Shown here: piece after piece, positions 1 through 16,046 of the stretch
Layout: the number at the start of each line of letters is the position of its first letter
Numbering within the stretch: position 1 is the first letter of the stretch
Origin: Blasia pusilla
Lineage: Eukaryota
Assembly: GCA_050084515.1 (NCBI GenBank)
Contig: CM114271.1
Span: forward strand, 2,852,001 to 2,916,000
Reading direction: 5' to 3'
DNA: 64,000 nucleotides
Translations under genes and position numbers: made by a program
The notes under the pieces: generated by a model
Seen by the model: only the letters and a program-made list of their open reading frames with translations
Databases searched by the model: none
Told to the model about the DNA's origin: nothing

Positions 1-96
1 TCTTCTCTGAGTGGGATCATGAAAAACCCGTTGGGATGATGGTAATTTTCCGTAAACCCACAAAAGATAGTCCTCTTCGATTCAATATTAATTTTA

Positions 97-134
97 TTGC
101 CATAAGTACTCTACTCGTAGAGTACTTATGGCAA
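97..134. repeat. Perfect inverted repeat (18-bp arms, 2-nt loop)
   Basis: TTGCCATAAGTACTCTAC-TC-GTAGAGTACTTATGGCAA; the arms are exact reverse complements. Confidence 0.9.
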
Positions 135-482
135 GTTATTAATTTTTTTTCAAGTTGAAACTATTTATGAATCAAAGTGTGGCGTCTTGGGAGGGAAATA
201 ATTTCCAAGGATCGACCCATTGAAAATGCTCTACTTTCTTGTTCCATCAATAGCGGTTACATGTGGAAAATTGGACGTCATTTTTTTTTCCACTCACATG
301 TTTTATGATAATTTATTTTTTAAGTTAAAAGTATTATAAGAGAAATCTATATACTGATTGGAGGATGTTGTTTATGTGACTACTCCTCCTTTTGCCATGT
401 CAATAGATTTATGTCAAAAAGACTTTGTCACCTTAAGTGGGGTCAAAGGAAGAGAAATGAATAAAGAGAGAATATGTAAATG

Positions 483-512
483 GGGTCCGTGCATCACAAG
501 GGCCCTAACTAG
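483..512 (+). mobile_element. Probable Helitron 3' terminus (decayed hairpin followed by CTAG|T)
   Basis: gggtccgtgcatcacaagggccc-taa-CTAG-t resembles the plant Helitron end (GC-rich hairpin shortly before CTRR, followed by T); preceded by AT-rich sequence. Confidence 0.45.
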
Positions 513-1899
513 TTTGTTTTGATGGAGAAACCTTAATTAGAGACACTCTTACAGGCGTCTTATTTTGGGTTTGCATTCTTATGACAATTTTATTTTCATT
601 TTTCATATATTTTGAATCACTAGAAGAAAAACATGATTTAAATAATTTGATAATAAATCATTTCTGTACAAAAGCATTCAAATTATGATTCAATTTCATT
701 TTTATGACTTAGAAAGCCCCATAAATGCATATTTTCATGATTTATAATAATTATAAAATAATATAAATATCATTATATATTATATAAGAAAGGAATTTTT
801 TAATGGCTTTAAAATTCATAGTATATTTCCAAAAAATTACCATAAAATATTTTTATGAGTCGTACTCAGAGGGGAATTTACTTTGAAATTTTCTTTTAAT
901 CTCAAGTTATTGAACAAATGAAAAATGCAGTCGCTCCAATAATCTTTGCAATTATGGATTCTTTTCCAACATTAAATTTTATATTTCCTTAATAAATAAA
1001 TGCACATATCGCTAGTCCATTTATGATTTCTTTGGACATATTTTCAAAAAACTTTATTTTTATGAATTTAAGGAAGGAAAGAAGAAGAAATACTCATGAA
1101 GACTACTACCAAGGAGCTCACTATCAATATATAGCAAGACGATTTCCTTGAATCAAACTATTAGATTTATTAACCATTATCTTACTTTAATTTTAATTAA
1201 ATATGCAGTTGAATTTTCTAATTTGAACGGATTAAATCTCTCATAATTTTTTAAATTTTCTTTTTAAATGAAATTTCCATTCATTTTGATTTTCAATTTG
1301 AATTTTCAATTCTTTTAAAATATCCCTTACTTCCAATTTTTCCATATTAATCTTCACATAATTTTGATTGGAAATTGATTGCAAATATAAGTTTAGAAAG
1401 AAGAAATGTTTACTAAGACTAATTTAATGATACTTACATTACCAATTTGGTGCAAGATGCATATCTTTTTCCAATCATTTGGCTTGTAGTTTTTCACATA
1501 CCACCAAATCTATTTTTTCCTTTTGAATGGTTTAGATATTACAGGAAGTAGAATTATTCATTTTCACCATTTAAATAAAAATTATGTATAAATCAAATGA
1601 ATGAAATTTTTTTAAGAAATAAAAATATCTTATATCTTATAATTGATGATTAAATTATACATATTCTTAAAATTTATTTTTCAATCCATATACTCTTGGT
1701 CATCCAGAAGGTTATCACTATTTTTTAATAATATTTAATCATAAAGAATAATTTTAGAAAAAAATCCACCGAATGGGCTTATGCTTTTTATTAATATATT
1801 TAATGAGTTCACGTTCTACATGTGCGACTGCACAGTGTAGTGGTAGCAAGACTTACTTTGGTAAAGGTGGTTCAAATTCAAATCCTACATCCTTAAAAT

Positions 1900-2160
1900 T
1901 CTGATAGAAGATGGAGGAAGGATGAAGATTGGGAGACGTAACAATGGATAAAGTGTACATGGATGAAAATAGATGGTAAAAGGGAAGATGGATGGAGGAT
2001 GAAAAATGGATGGATAGATGGATAGATGGAGGAAGGGCAAATGTAGGGAAAATGGATGGATAGAGGGGGATGGAAAATGGAGGGAGGGAGGGTCAACGGA
2101 TAAATGGTTCGATAGAAGTTGGACGGGTGGAGGATGGAAAATGAATGAAGGGAGGGAGGG
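1900..2160 (+). repeat. Purine-rich low-complexity tract (GGAT/GGAG/GGAA); similar sequence resumes at 16580-16690
   Basis: Strong strand asymmetry; same style of sequence on both sides of the nested block 2161-16579. Confidence 0.75.
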
Positions 2161-2440
2161 CATCATATACTCCGTTCTCTAATTCATCCTACTTCATCCC
2201 AAAACACTCCCAACCTTGAGCTTTGCAAGGGGAACACTTAGATTGAGTCCCACATACTCAACCAGTAGGTAGTCAAGAAGCCACCAAGCGTTGGTCGATT
2301 CGAGTCTCCCCTAGTGCGTACTATCTTCCTAGTAAGTCTCTTCCCTATGCCCAGACCAATTTGGTCAAGTCGCTTGCCTCAACCAGAGTGCGTCAGTTAA
2401 GTCTTTAAGATACGTCATTTATCTCAAACTTGAAACACGG

Positions 2441-2568
2441 TGTCGAGCGCATACACATCGCTACATAACAAACATCGTTATCATCGAGCATACACACAAA
2501 CACGCACAATCCCGTGCTAACTCATGGCATCCAAAAAATGAGACGAGAAATACCAAAATATCTCCAAT
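2441..2568 (-). repeat. Terminal repeat B of the DNMT-gypsy family
   Basis: TGTCG(A/T)GCGCATACACAT...AAAATATCTCCAAT recurs at 30853, 48045, 57453, 58779 and 59401. Confidence 0.85.
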
Positions 2569-2749
2569 CACCCCCCTAGTTGGTGGTTAGGTCCCTCTAA
2601 CTCCAGATAGCCATCTATCCCTACCTACCATGACATACATCTCTCGGACGCTAAGAGCAAAAAGGCTGGGTGCTCGTGTGGCCCCATCATTAGTCACCTT
2701 CTTGTCATCCATATCAAAGACACAAGTCATAATGTATAACTACCTACTC

Positions 2750-4100
2750 TATGTACATCTGGGACACATCTATCGTCCCTGAGGAACCGTAGTGAGAGGT
2801 GACGTCAGACATGCCATATGCCATCCTCTCGAACACCCATCACAGACTAGCATAGTGGCTACACCACAAGTAGAACCACACAACATACATCGCAAGCATG
2901 CAAGAACTACCACTAAGCTTGGATCAACTATACCGTCAATTTTAGGAAGGTGACATAGCACACAATTATGCACATGGTCCTTCCAAACCATTCCATCGCG
3001 TCCCTCTAATAAGACAACACCATTGGCAAAATCTCACGCACTCTCAAGATAGTGCGCCCTGCAGTCACATCCAATGTTGTGGGTGACGTCTACTACAAGT
3101 AGACATAGTCTCCTTGATGAAACCTCCGGATAGTAGATCGATAACCACCTCCCTGAATAGTCGCATACCTCAACCTATCTCGATGTTACGCAATCGCTAA
3201 GTTCTTAAACGCCATGGGCATCACTCTCCAAAACAACTCAACCTGTTGAGAACATGCTTGCATCCATACATCAAGGTCATCAAGGTTCAACACCTCACCA
3301 ACATCTCGACAAATGGCCGCAGGTAAATCCGGCTCTTGACCATAAAGCAGCAAGTACGATGAGAAAGATGCTAAGGATGATTTCCTGCTGAATTTGTATC
3401 CCATCGCCAACCACAAAAATTGGAGGTCCCAATCTCAAAGGTGACCTCTCTGCAAGCCATACTTGCGCATTCCTCTCTTCACCGTCTGCACAACCTTCTC
3501 CGCTAGTCCATCCGCCTCATGATGATCTCGCAAAGTGGTTTGGTGGTCGATTAGTGCCTGGTCACACAAGGCTTGAAACTCCCCTCAAAACTCTATACCC
3601 TGGTCTTTCAACACCTCAATCGGTACGCCGTAATGACTCAGCACTCCGTACGCTACTCTCTCACTCGCTTTGTCAGGAAATGCAACCAACTCTATCCACT
3701 TCGAGAAGTGCTTGACCATCACCAACACATAACGACTATGGCGCTCCGTCAAAGGTAAAGGTCTTGCAAAATCCAAATTCCATCTATAACCTAAACCCAT
3801 GATCGGAAGTGGATGCAACTTTGGAGTCAGAGCATTGAACGATGCTCAGACCCGATCACACACCATGCACCTGGCAACAAACTACTGAACGTTAATGTGC
3901 ATGCCTTGCCATCAATACTGTATCCAGAGTAAGTTGTACGTTCGCTTCACTCCAAAATGACCCAACTCCTTGTAGGCATGACACACCAAACGTGCTCTCT
4001 GCAAAGGATGAGGCACAACACACACTTTGCCATACTCTCAAACTCGCAACACATGTGACCCCTCCCACCGGAGCTGTCTGGCTCGCTGTAGGATCCGATC
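2750..4100 (-). pseudogene. Integrase (rve) plus C-terminal PHD finger, copy 1
   Basis: WNLDFARPLPLT..RYVLVMV.HFSKWIELVAFPDK, HYGVPIEVLKDQG.EF; CMLCGS...TMLVCDGCSRGWHMACLTSPLTTVP.GR (C4HC3); stops and frameshifts. Confidence 0.88.
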
Positions 4101-4185
4101 CTGCTCTCTTACACCCATTGTGCTCGCAATTCTCCAAGTACGGAGATGCTCCAAGACCACTCCATCGTCGTGAATATCTTGGCCA

Positions 4186-7092
<2,907 letters not shown>

Positions 7093-7197
7093 GGCCACCT
7101 ATCCTCTCCTCATCGGCCTTTGGATCTAAGGACTTGCCATCGAAGTCTCAGCAGTATGGCTCTTCATAGCCAATAAGCCCAAATAGGCTTACGCGTG

Positions 7198-8520
7198 TCA
7201 TAATGGCACCAACTCCTCATCACTCTCCCCATGCCAACGAGCTCTAATCGCATCTCGTTGACTCGGGCATGGGTTATAGCTCAAACCATCTGCAACATGG
7301 TTGAGCATCCCATGTCTATGCACCGCGTGGAAATCATACTCTTGCAACAAAAGAGCCCATCTCAAAAGCTTCCCTGTAAGCTTATCGGACTCCTTCAACC
7401 ATTTAAGTGGTTGATGATCAATAATGATGGTAAAGGGATTGCCGAAAAAATAACATCTGAAATGTACGACATCCCACACTACAGCCAAGCACTCACCCTC
7501 GTACGAGCTATACTTTGCCTCTACCGCATTGTTCAAGCGACTAGCGTAAGCCACCATGAACTCTCTACCCTCATCGTCATGTTGGGTGAGCACAACTCCA
7601 AGCCCCAACATGCTCCATCAGTATGCAACTGGAAAGGACGCCCCCTGATTGGTCTCCTCAAAATGGGCGTGAACGTCAAGCAGTCCTTGAGCAGTTGAAA
7701 TGCTCTCTCTTGCTCATCCTTCTAGTGCCACTCCTGATCCATCTTGGTTAGCAAGGTCAACGGCTTTGCAATCTAACTGAAACCCTTGACGTACCGTCGA
7801 TAGAAGTTTGCCAATCCCATAAATGCACGAACTCAACTCACATCTATAGGGCCTAGAATGCGTGAAATTGCCTCTATCTTTGTCTGTTGCACACCAATGC
7901 CCCCTTGGGTATATCGTATGATCCAGGTACTCAATCTGCTTGTAGAAGAACTTGCACCTGCTTGGATGTAGCTTCAGCCCATGTCATTGTAATTGTCAGA
8001 ACGCCCTCCTCTAGATGTCGCTCATGCTCCTCAACCGTGGCGCCAAAGACTAAGACATCATCAATATAACACCTAGCAAAATCCATACCTGCCAAGATCC
8101 TATCCATAACCCTCTGAAACCCAGTCGGGATATTCTTTAACCCAAATGGTAAGAACCGCCACTAGTACAAACAATCCTTCCGATGAGGATCGATGCCCCA
8201 AAATGCCGTCTTGTGCCTGTCTTCCAATCTGATAGGCAGCTGATGGTATCAAACTCGAAGATCTAACAAACTGAAGACCTTTGCATGCCCAATAGCATCA
8301 AAGATCTCCTTAGGGCTGGGCATGGCATACCTATCGAACTTTGTTTGCCGATTGATAGGTCGGTAATCTCCATACATCCGCCTATCCGTCCAGTTGCCAT
8401 GCGCATCCTTCTTGGTGAGCATGATAGTGGCAAATGCATACTCTCCATGCAAAATCTCCACTAGTCCAGCTCCAACCAAGTCTCGGCTCCTACTTTGAAT
8501 CAAAGCTCTCTCCATGTCAC
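7198..8520 (-). pseudogene. Reverse transcriptase and RNase H, gypsy copy 1
   Basis: KKDAHGNWTDRRMYGDYRPINRQT..DRYAMP..KEIFDAIGHAKVFSLLDL; VYIDDVLVF; GLGVVLTQ..EFMVAYASR.N.VEAKYSSYEGECLAVVW..HFRCY...DHQPLKWL. Confidence 0.92.
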
Positions 8521-9029
8521 TTTACCTATAGGATCATTGAAAGATCGGCGTGTCGCTCGACAACTCAATGCGGATCCCTGGACCCTTCAGCATACTCAAA
8601 TCATGCATAGTAAATGAAAAATAGCTCCTATAACTCCTAAGGAACAAATATATCCGAAGTCGCTCTCCTCTTGTCAACTTAGGGTTCATTTCTAGCTCCC
8701 AAGTCTCCATCGTGACCACGGTAGGACTCTCTAGTGCGAGTGTCCGTGGTTGCTATGGTACAACCCCATCTTGCACAACATACCTCGACTGCTCACCTAC
8801 AGCCAACTGCAAAATCAGATCTCCTCCACGTGTAGTACACTGAACCACGCTCGATGTTGTGGCTATCATCTCCCGGCGTACCTGCAAAATATCCCAAGAA
8901 ATCTAAGGGTGTCTCTCTCGATCACCCCCAGTGTGTAGATCTCCTTGGGTCTCACCCCCAGCCATTGTCTCAACCGTCTCGTTAGGCATGGGGCTCACTA
9001 ACCCAATAGTTGTAATGTGTCGCAACCTC

Positions 9030-9990
9030 AAACGACGTTGTTCAGCTACTCCTAAGTTGAAAATCCATGTTAAGCAGTTAAGGTCCATCGCTTGACCCAA
9101 GATATGATGTCGTGATGCTTCTAATAGTGATGGTATTGCCGTCACTCATGTGGGGAATCCCATCGCTCGCTCTCGCTCATCGGCGTTGGGCTCCACCAAC
9201 CGCTGTACTTGGTCATCCCAAACCAAGCCAGATTCGGCCTCCTTGAATGCATAGGAAGCGGGAAAACTCACCAATATGGGAAAGGCTGCTCGTGGCATGC
9301 CAATCTTGTTAATCACAATCAACGGCGATCGATCATCATGCCTCACTGCATGAGTTTGGCGACCCGTATCCAGAATAGAATCCACCAACAAATCGGAGAG
9401 GCGCTCCACTCTTGCATACCCCCTGCGCAAAACCTCATGTGGCACCAAGTTGGTACACCAAAGATGTGGGCGATGTGCTCGTGAACCTACATTCGCCGTA
9501 TCTAACAACACCGTTGGGTCGATCCATACGTGCACTTGTCACCACACTAGACCTCAAATCACCCAAAATTGGCATATTCTTTAGAATATATGTTGGGGAA
9601 CAAGATTGATGCTCCTGTAAGTGTGGCAAGATCCGCATCATCTCCCAAAATAACTTGGACCAAAAAGCTAATCCGCTACCCCGTCCAACACTCGACTGGC
9701 CCTAACATGGCCAATCAGCAATGACCAAGTCTATAGTCCCTACCCGCTCCAAGTCCTACGCCCCCAACAATGAAATGTCCCTCAATACGGAACTGTGGTA
9801 ACCTTGGATGGCGGAGGCAGACAAAAAGTCAAGAAATCAAAGGCGTAACTACGCCACATGGTGAAGTGAAGCGTGCCTCGCAACATCATCAATATCCACG
9901 TATAGGTATCGTTGCACGGGCATTCATGCTTGCAAAACAACTGCTAAACCAATGCTGATCCCTCCAAAGAGATCGTGCACGCGAAAACCC
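9030..9990 (-). pseudogene. C5 cytosine DNA methyltransferase domain (DNMT3-like) within Pol, copy 1
   Basis: Motif I VHDLFGGISIGL; II YLYVDID; IV IDLVIADWPC*GQS; VI YILKNMP (ENV in other copies); VIII GSRAHRPHLWCTNL; IX ERERAMGFPT; X RHHILGQAMDLNCL. Confidence 0.88.
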
Positions 9991-10439
9991 TCCTCTAGGA
10001 TGCACCACACAATCGGAGTGGTGTCCAAATGGATCATAGTAGCACTCCTTTCTACCTCGGGTTCCTCTGACCTGTCACGCTCTGGTGCAAACGCCTCGCT
10101 CCATGCAATTTGCACATGCTTAGCGACTAAGCGTCAAAGCTCCTTAGTCGAGCCCCAAAGCGGTACCTCTCCTCCACGGAATGATGCGGCTACCATGATA
10201 CTCCTCTCCATAGAAATGTTAGGAATGGGAGTGTCCTCTACATGGACATGTCCCTCAATCAAATCACTAGGCCAAGTGATGGCGCTGCTAAATGCTGCTA
10301 AGGTCGGCATCTCTCCTAGCCCTTGTTCGATCACTCCTCCGATGAATGGAGCAGATAATAAGCTAAGGGGCCCATCACCTGACTACCATCATTGTCTGAA
10401 GGATGGAAACTCTTCCCAGTAATCCAGGGAAAACCCCAT

Positions 10440-10720
10440 CGGGTACAACACTACTCCACCAACCAAGACGTCGTAGGACTCTCCATCGCTCTCCATCGGT
10501 CCTTGGCTTGGACCATAGACTTATCTATAGGATGTCTCGGGCGAATCCTCACCACGATCTCATGTCGGGTGATATACTATGTGGTACTCGCTCCACCCAA
10601 GGATGTCTGTATCCGGAATAGACAACGCTCTACATCGGCTCTCATCAAGCCCAATTCTCTAAATGTCGATTTCCCCAACATCAGGGATTGCGCTCTTGAA
10701 TCCAACAAGACGCAATGCAA
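10440..10720 (-). pseudogene. Aspartic protease, gypsy copy 1
   Basis: VLLDSRAQSLMLG (decayed LLDSGA) followed by FRIQTSLGG and a downstream YDVLVG-like motif. Confidence 0.7.
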
Positions 10721-11559
10721 TCTAAAAACTCTAGCTCCTGGACTCACCAATTGGAAGACCTCTCCCGGATTATCTAGCAATACAACACCAAGAGCAACCA
10801 TGGCACGCTCTATCGCGGGTCTAGTGGGCATCTCCGCCATCCTAGCAGCCACAGCCTGCCATGAATCTGACGTGGACGGCCCGAGCATAAGCTCCAAGGG
10901 CAAGTCCATCACCTCCTTTGGAATAAACCCTTAATGTGACGTAGGAACACCAACTCCATGCTTTCATAGCATAGCGGGCAGCCTAAAAACCTCAGAGGGC
11001 GTACCTCCCAATGTCATAACATCGAAAGCAGAAAATAAAGGAGCGCGGTACACAACAGTGACCGCCCCCAATAATATGCTCGACACATACTCCTCCTGAG
11101 CATAAGCAATAGGAGTCATTGCACTTGCTTCTCCCATTTCCCTTCATGCTTGCACACCAACAACATCACCAACTCTTTGAAAACTCTAATCAGTATCCAT
11201 CAATGGGGTCCTCATCGCCTCGGACAACGTGAAAGACTGAGGAAGCCTGGTATGTTTCCTGGATTCCCCTCGCTGTGGATCCAACTCTGCCACTACTCCA
11301 CACGTAACAACTACGGCGGTCTCCATCTGGGCAACCCCGCACATCCAACCAAGATCCTCCATATCTCTGGCTACTCCATAAGACTTTGATGCCATGGATC
11401 TGGCATCGAGTAACCTCAATGCCATAACGGCAATCTGCTATCTGAGCAGCCATCCCAACCTCATGCCCGACGTCTCCCTTGACACATCTAGGTGGTGGGA
11501 CTCTACCTCCTCCACGGGCAACTCCAGCTCCTTGTCCCCCAACGGGAGCACCTGGTGCT

Positions 11560-12911
11560 CGACCTCATGGCCCACCCAGACTGGCAACTCGCTCTAATGC
11601 CCTCTCTGGCCCTCGATCCGGATGTAACTCAAGGTGTACGCTGAAACACTTGGCATGTGTCTTACCATACCTCTGATAATAGTCACACTGATAACCTCCT
11701 GGTGTAGCACCATCTCCTCCTCCATGTTGAGGCACGCGTCCATGACCGTGACGAGTGCAATCCCGCTGGTGATGGGCTCCACCATATTCCCAACAAGTTA
11801 TCGTAGGCGGCTGCTGTTGAGCCGCATATGAAGATGCATGTCTCTGTGGCACGGCCTCACGGTATCCTCCCTGAGCTCGTGGTACAACATACCAATCTCG
11901 GAATCCACGTTGCTGCACTGGATTTAGGGTGACTACTCTCGCCTACAACCCATGGTGGCTAGGCTCTCCTCCGCCATGTTCCGCTCAATGTTCTCAACGG
12001 TCCTAAAAACAGCTCTCAACGTGGGTGAGGTATTCATAAGAAGCACCTCCTCCCGCACCTGTGTGCGCAGGATTTGATCCAACATTGCGTACCATGATTG
12101 GAAAGCTTGGGCCTATATCACACCCTGAGTGACGTTAATTAACATGCGCAAGCGAGTGTAGGCCTCACACAAACTCTCACCTGGGCACCTTTGAAGTCGT
12201 GGATGCTCCGCAACTTCTTCGTCCGTACCCCTTGGTAGCTTGTCCGTAACTCAACAAAGAACTCAACCATGAGGTTGAACCTGGGATGAACCCGACTGGA
12301 CGGTGCAACTACTCCAGTGCGAGTTACCCCTCCTACAACATCACTGGTGGAAGAAGCCTCTCCTAGCTCCTCCTCCTCATCGAGAAACGACTTTGTCCAT
12401 GAGACATAGTGTGGTTCATAGTAGAGTCACCATGCCTGAATCTCATGGGCATATCGGCGAGAGAACCCATGGGAATCGTCCATCGGTGCCCCCTCTAGGT
12501 GCTGGAATATACCGTTCCATGTTATAAACGGGCTTAACTCTTTGGAGTTCCTAGCCCGTTTGAGTTACACCAACTCCTAAACTCCGTAACGGAGTCATGT
12601 AACTCTATCGTGCCTATAGCACCCAAAAACCTACGCGGTCCTCTACCCCAGTCATCCATCTCGTACGCCCAAATGGTAGGACCACTCAATATGTGTTGCG
12701 AATCACTAACAGACTCCTCTACAATCTCCCCCTCGTCTGAAGATGACAAAGAAGGAGATCGAGGTGGTCTCTCTCGTGGAGATCCTTGAAACCTCGTGCC
12801 ACTCCGCGTGAACCCTGTAGAGCTAACCTCACGCCCACCACCTATCCTCTCAAGGACTCGAAAGGACGTCGTGATGACCCTCGTATCCCTCTCAACCTCG
12901 CGAGTAATCAC
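11560..12911 (-). pseudogene. Gag with zinc-knuckle remnants, gypsy copy 1
   Basis: TCWEYGGAHHQRDC (CWSCGGAHHQRDC in copy 2) and a second C-x2-C/H-x4-C-like motif CDYYQRYGKTHAKC; ESLCEAYTRLRMLI capsid-like segment. Confidence 0.75.
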
Positions 12912-13093
12912 TCAATCACTCCAACTATCATGCGGCACTCAATCTACACTCTCTCTCATTGAGAAGTGTGCTATGCAGCAACAAGCGGCATGGTGCAGCA
13001 AATCAACTACTGTCATATTATCTCATGAACAACACATACCCTCAACTCTGGACATCCCTCTCAGGTCTATGTCCCCTAAACCCATACATCAAC

Positions 13094-14598
13094 CACTAGA
13101 AGGAAACACCCTTCTTAGCCACTAGATTACACTACTATAGTAAGTTGAAAAGAATATTTAGTCATTGGTGACTAGCATTTACAACTACAAAAATCTAGTA
13201 TCAAAGGACTCATTATTTAGGATTTCTAATTATAAAGTGACACGTTGGCAACATGACATGGCAATATTTACAACTAGGAAATATCCTAGTCATCAACATG
13301 ATCGGTATGACATGGAAACTATACTATGCTGACAATGAATTACTTTCGATGTGCCACGTCGCTCTGCCTAGTTATTAGTGAGACTATTTCTAGTTGTAAT
13401 TTAGTTATTTAAGATTGAAAATCGCTATAACAAAAGAAAGTGGTTACACTTGTAATGGTTTGATATGTCCATATGGTGGATTTTTCATGATGCGAGACTA
13501 ATATTAGTTTTATATTATGTAGTATTTTTTTATTACATTCATGTGTTGACACATGTCAAAATCATGATCAAACATGTGTATTGTTGATACTACAGTGAAC
13601 ACTAGTGATAAGGAGTGTTATCACTACATGTAGTTATATCAAGAACGCATAGTTATTTTTATGACTGGTTGAAGTACTAGTGATAGTGTGTGTTACCACT
13701 ACATCTAGTAGTATCAAGAACACATAGTTATTTTTATGACTAGTTGAAGTTGTATAATAAGTCTTCTGACTAGTGATAGTGGTAGTATTATTGTGATTTC
13801 AGTTGTACAATAGTTAACAAATGAAGAATAAGATATATTGTGGGGACTTTTCTTCTTGTAAGAGAATCCATAGAATAAGAAATTGTATTGTGAGATCATA
13901 AAAAAATACCCCTCACAATTGGGAAATTTCCATTTCCATTTTAGAAACCAGGTTGATGGTATAAGTATTGGTGACTGATACTTTGTTGGCTTGGAATCAC
14001 TTTAGGAATGTTGAGAGACTCTTGCATCTCTTGTATTATAGGAGGAGCTCCCCGCTCCTTCTTCTACTTGAAAATATCCAAAATTGAAAAAACAAAATCA
14101 AGATTTAGTCATATTCCAAGATGTAAGAACTCCTTGTGAAACCTAAATTCTGCCAACAAAGAAACCAGGAAGACTCAATGGAGAATATACTCACAAACAC
14201 ATTCTTTTCGCCCAAATATCCTCGTCTCCCATTAGGGTTGGGGTTTTCCACCTTAGATATGTTGGCCTTCATTCATTCAGATTCCAGTTGTCCCGCGGGT
14301 GACACCCAATACGACTTCAATGACTGCCATGTTTTTGGATTCACATCTAGAGGACAAGCGCATTCTTTAGATACCCCTTTTTCTCTCCAATACTTTTTCA
14401 AGCGGGCCCGCTCTTGTTTCATCAGATCTTGGAGAGAAGTACGCCAAAACCTATCACTCAACTCACCACCCACATACTCGTAACGATTGTCAATCTCTCT
14501 ACGGATGGTTCTCAAGTCTTGCTCGGGTTGTTTACTAACATCAACTATACTAAGGTCCAAGTGGCAATGTACACTTGCCCTGACACCATCATGCCATT
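13094..14598. mobile_element. CACTA (En/Spm) transposon fragment inserted in the 5' region of gypsy copy 1
   Basis: CACTAGAAGGAAA at 13094 plus subterminal repeats; segment absent from copy 2; gypsy sequence resumes at 14599 (aacgatgctctc). Confidence 0.75.
14273..14560 (-). pseudogene. Ptta/En/Spm (TnpA-like) fragment
   Basis: RARLKKYW...CPLDVNPKTWQSLKSYWVSPAGQLESE fits the P-x-V-x4-W-x2-L-x2-YW-x-SP-x6-SE pattern of CACTA accessory proteins. Confidence 0.65.
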
Positions 14599-15537
14599 AA
14601 CGATGCTCTCTGTATCAGCACAAAACCCAATATCCCCAAATAACTCTCAATACCCAAAATTTCCTAACACGTGGAGGGAAAAAGACTAGAATGGGTAACC
14701 TGAATAAATTTCGATCTCTCCTCAGCAACAGAAAACCTCGACCCCAACTCAATCATGAAGACAAACTCCTCCAAGTAGCATGTCGTACTCCCCTAGTACT
14801 TACGATGCTCAAATCTCCTCCTTGTGCGGTGCGGGTCCAGTGTATGGTGCGGCACTAATGGCACGGAATCGCTACAAATGGCACGGAACTCGAGAATGGG
14901 GTACGGCACTCAATGGCATACCCTCCTCAATAGCAACACACGCTCTGCTCCAATGATGGTGCGGCTCCACGATCGAGATGGTGTGGTGCGGCCACGAGCA
15001 ACATGGCGTGGAAATCGGCGGCGCGTTGCAGCTATGGGCATCACAACACGGTACTCGATCATTGTTGAGCGGCTACCGCACGGTAGCGCGGTGGCTATGG
15101 CAGCTTGCTTAATCAACCACAACTTTGTGCTCCAAACTCAAAAATTGTGCATCGTTTCTTCAGCAACATACACAGCTTCTCAATCTACGACCTCATTAAA
15201 TTGGTTTCTTCATTCAACCTTCCAATAAAAATTGACAGGGATTGTCATGCAGCCCTTCAATGTGCACTCCTACGAAAAATTTGGCAGCGCTTCTACGATG
15301 CCAAATTTGGAAATCCGCCCCCATATTCAATCTTTAAAGCAACTTTGGCAGCGCTTATGCGTGCCACTCTTCCACACAAAAAATCAGCAAAGAAAGAGCA
15401 AAATCAAGTGGCTCTTGCTCCGGTGAGCACTCCTATGAGCCCTTGAATGGGGAACACGGTCCCCAACATGCACCAATAGCGAGTGACTAGTGAGCTCTTC
15501 CATTGAAACTCTCTCACTTACTCATTCTCTCTTTGTC

Positions 15538-16046
15538 AAATCAAGTAGATCTCACATCAATATCTCACACCAAACTCTCTATGGTGTGCACTCTCTCTCA
15601 TGTCAAACCAAACCCACTCTCCTAATAAGAGGCTTGGGTTATACACACAAGGCAAACAAGACCATAGCTCCGCCGCCTCATGCCAAGAGGTTCAACAAAG
15701 AGAGAATGAGCTCTGAAGCTATCTCTCTTGGAGGTATACCCCCTTCCCTCTCCTAAGCTCTCTCCTTGTCAACCTATGCTCGCAGGTCACATCCTTGGCT
15801 CTCGACCTCCTGTAGCAAGTCAAGGGCCACTTCCCAAAAAGAAAAGTCAACTATATTCTAAATGGGAACTGACCCAAAATAATAAGTTTCTATATATGGC
15901 TCCAAATGAGCTAAAACGAAGGGGAAACTTACTCTCTCAGGTTACCCGGGGCCTCAGCAGGTCATCCTTGACCTCTTGAGGCTATCCTCCAACATCTCCA
16001 AAGGGGCTCTACTAGATCGTGCCGATCTATCCTAACAGTCGTGACA
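15538..16046 (-). repeat. Terminal repeat A (5' end) of gypsy copy 1
   Basis: AAATCAAG...TGTCAAACCAAACCCACTCTCCTAAT...CTATCCTAA...GTGACA recurs at 47694 (partial), 57581, 58090 and 58890. Confidence 0.87.

Noticed and set aside
1828-1886. tRNA/SINE-like segment (TGTAGTGGTA ... TTCAAATCC)
   Set aside because: Only loose A-box and B-box resemblance; no convincing cloverleaf stems.
1885-2166. Pro/Ser/Ile/His-rich ORFs
   Set aside because: Antisense translation of a purine-rich low-complexity tract.
2441-2635. Treating repeat B plus the adjacent segment (TGTCG...TGACA, 195 bp) as a normal short LTR
   Set aside because: The 2569-2635 part does not occur at the 5' end of copy 1 or 2 or in the solo units, so it is not a terminal direct repeat.
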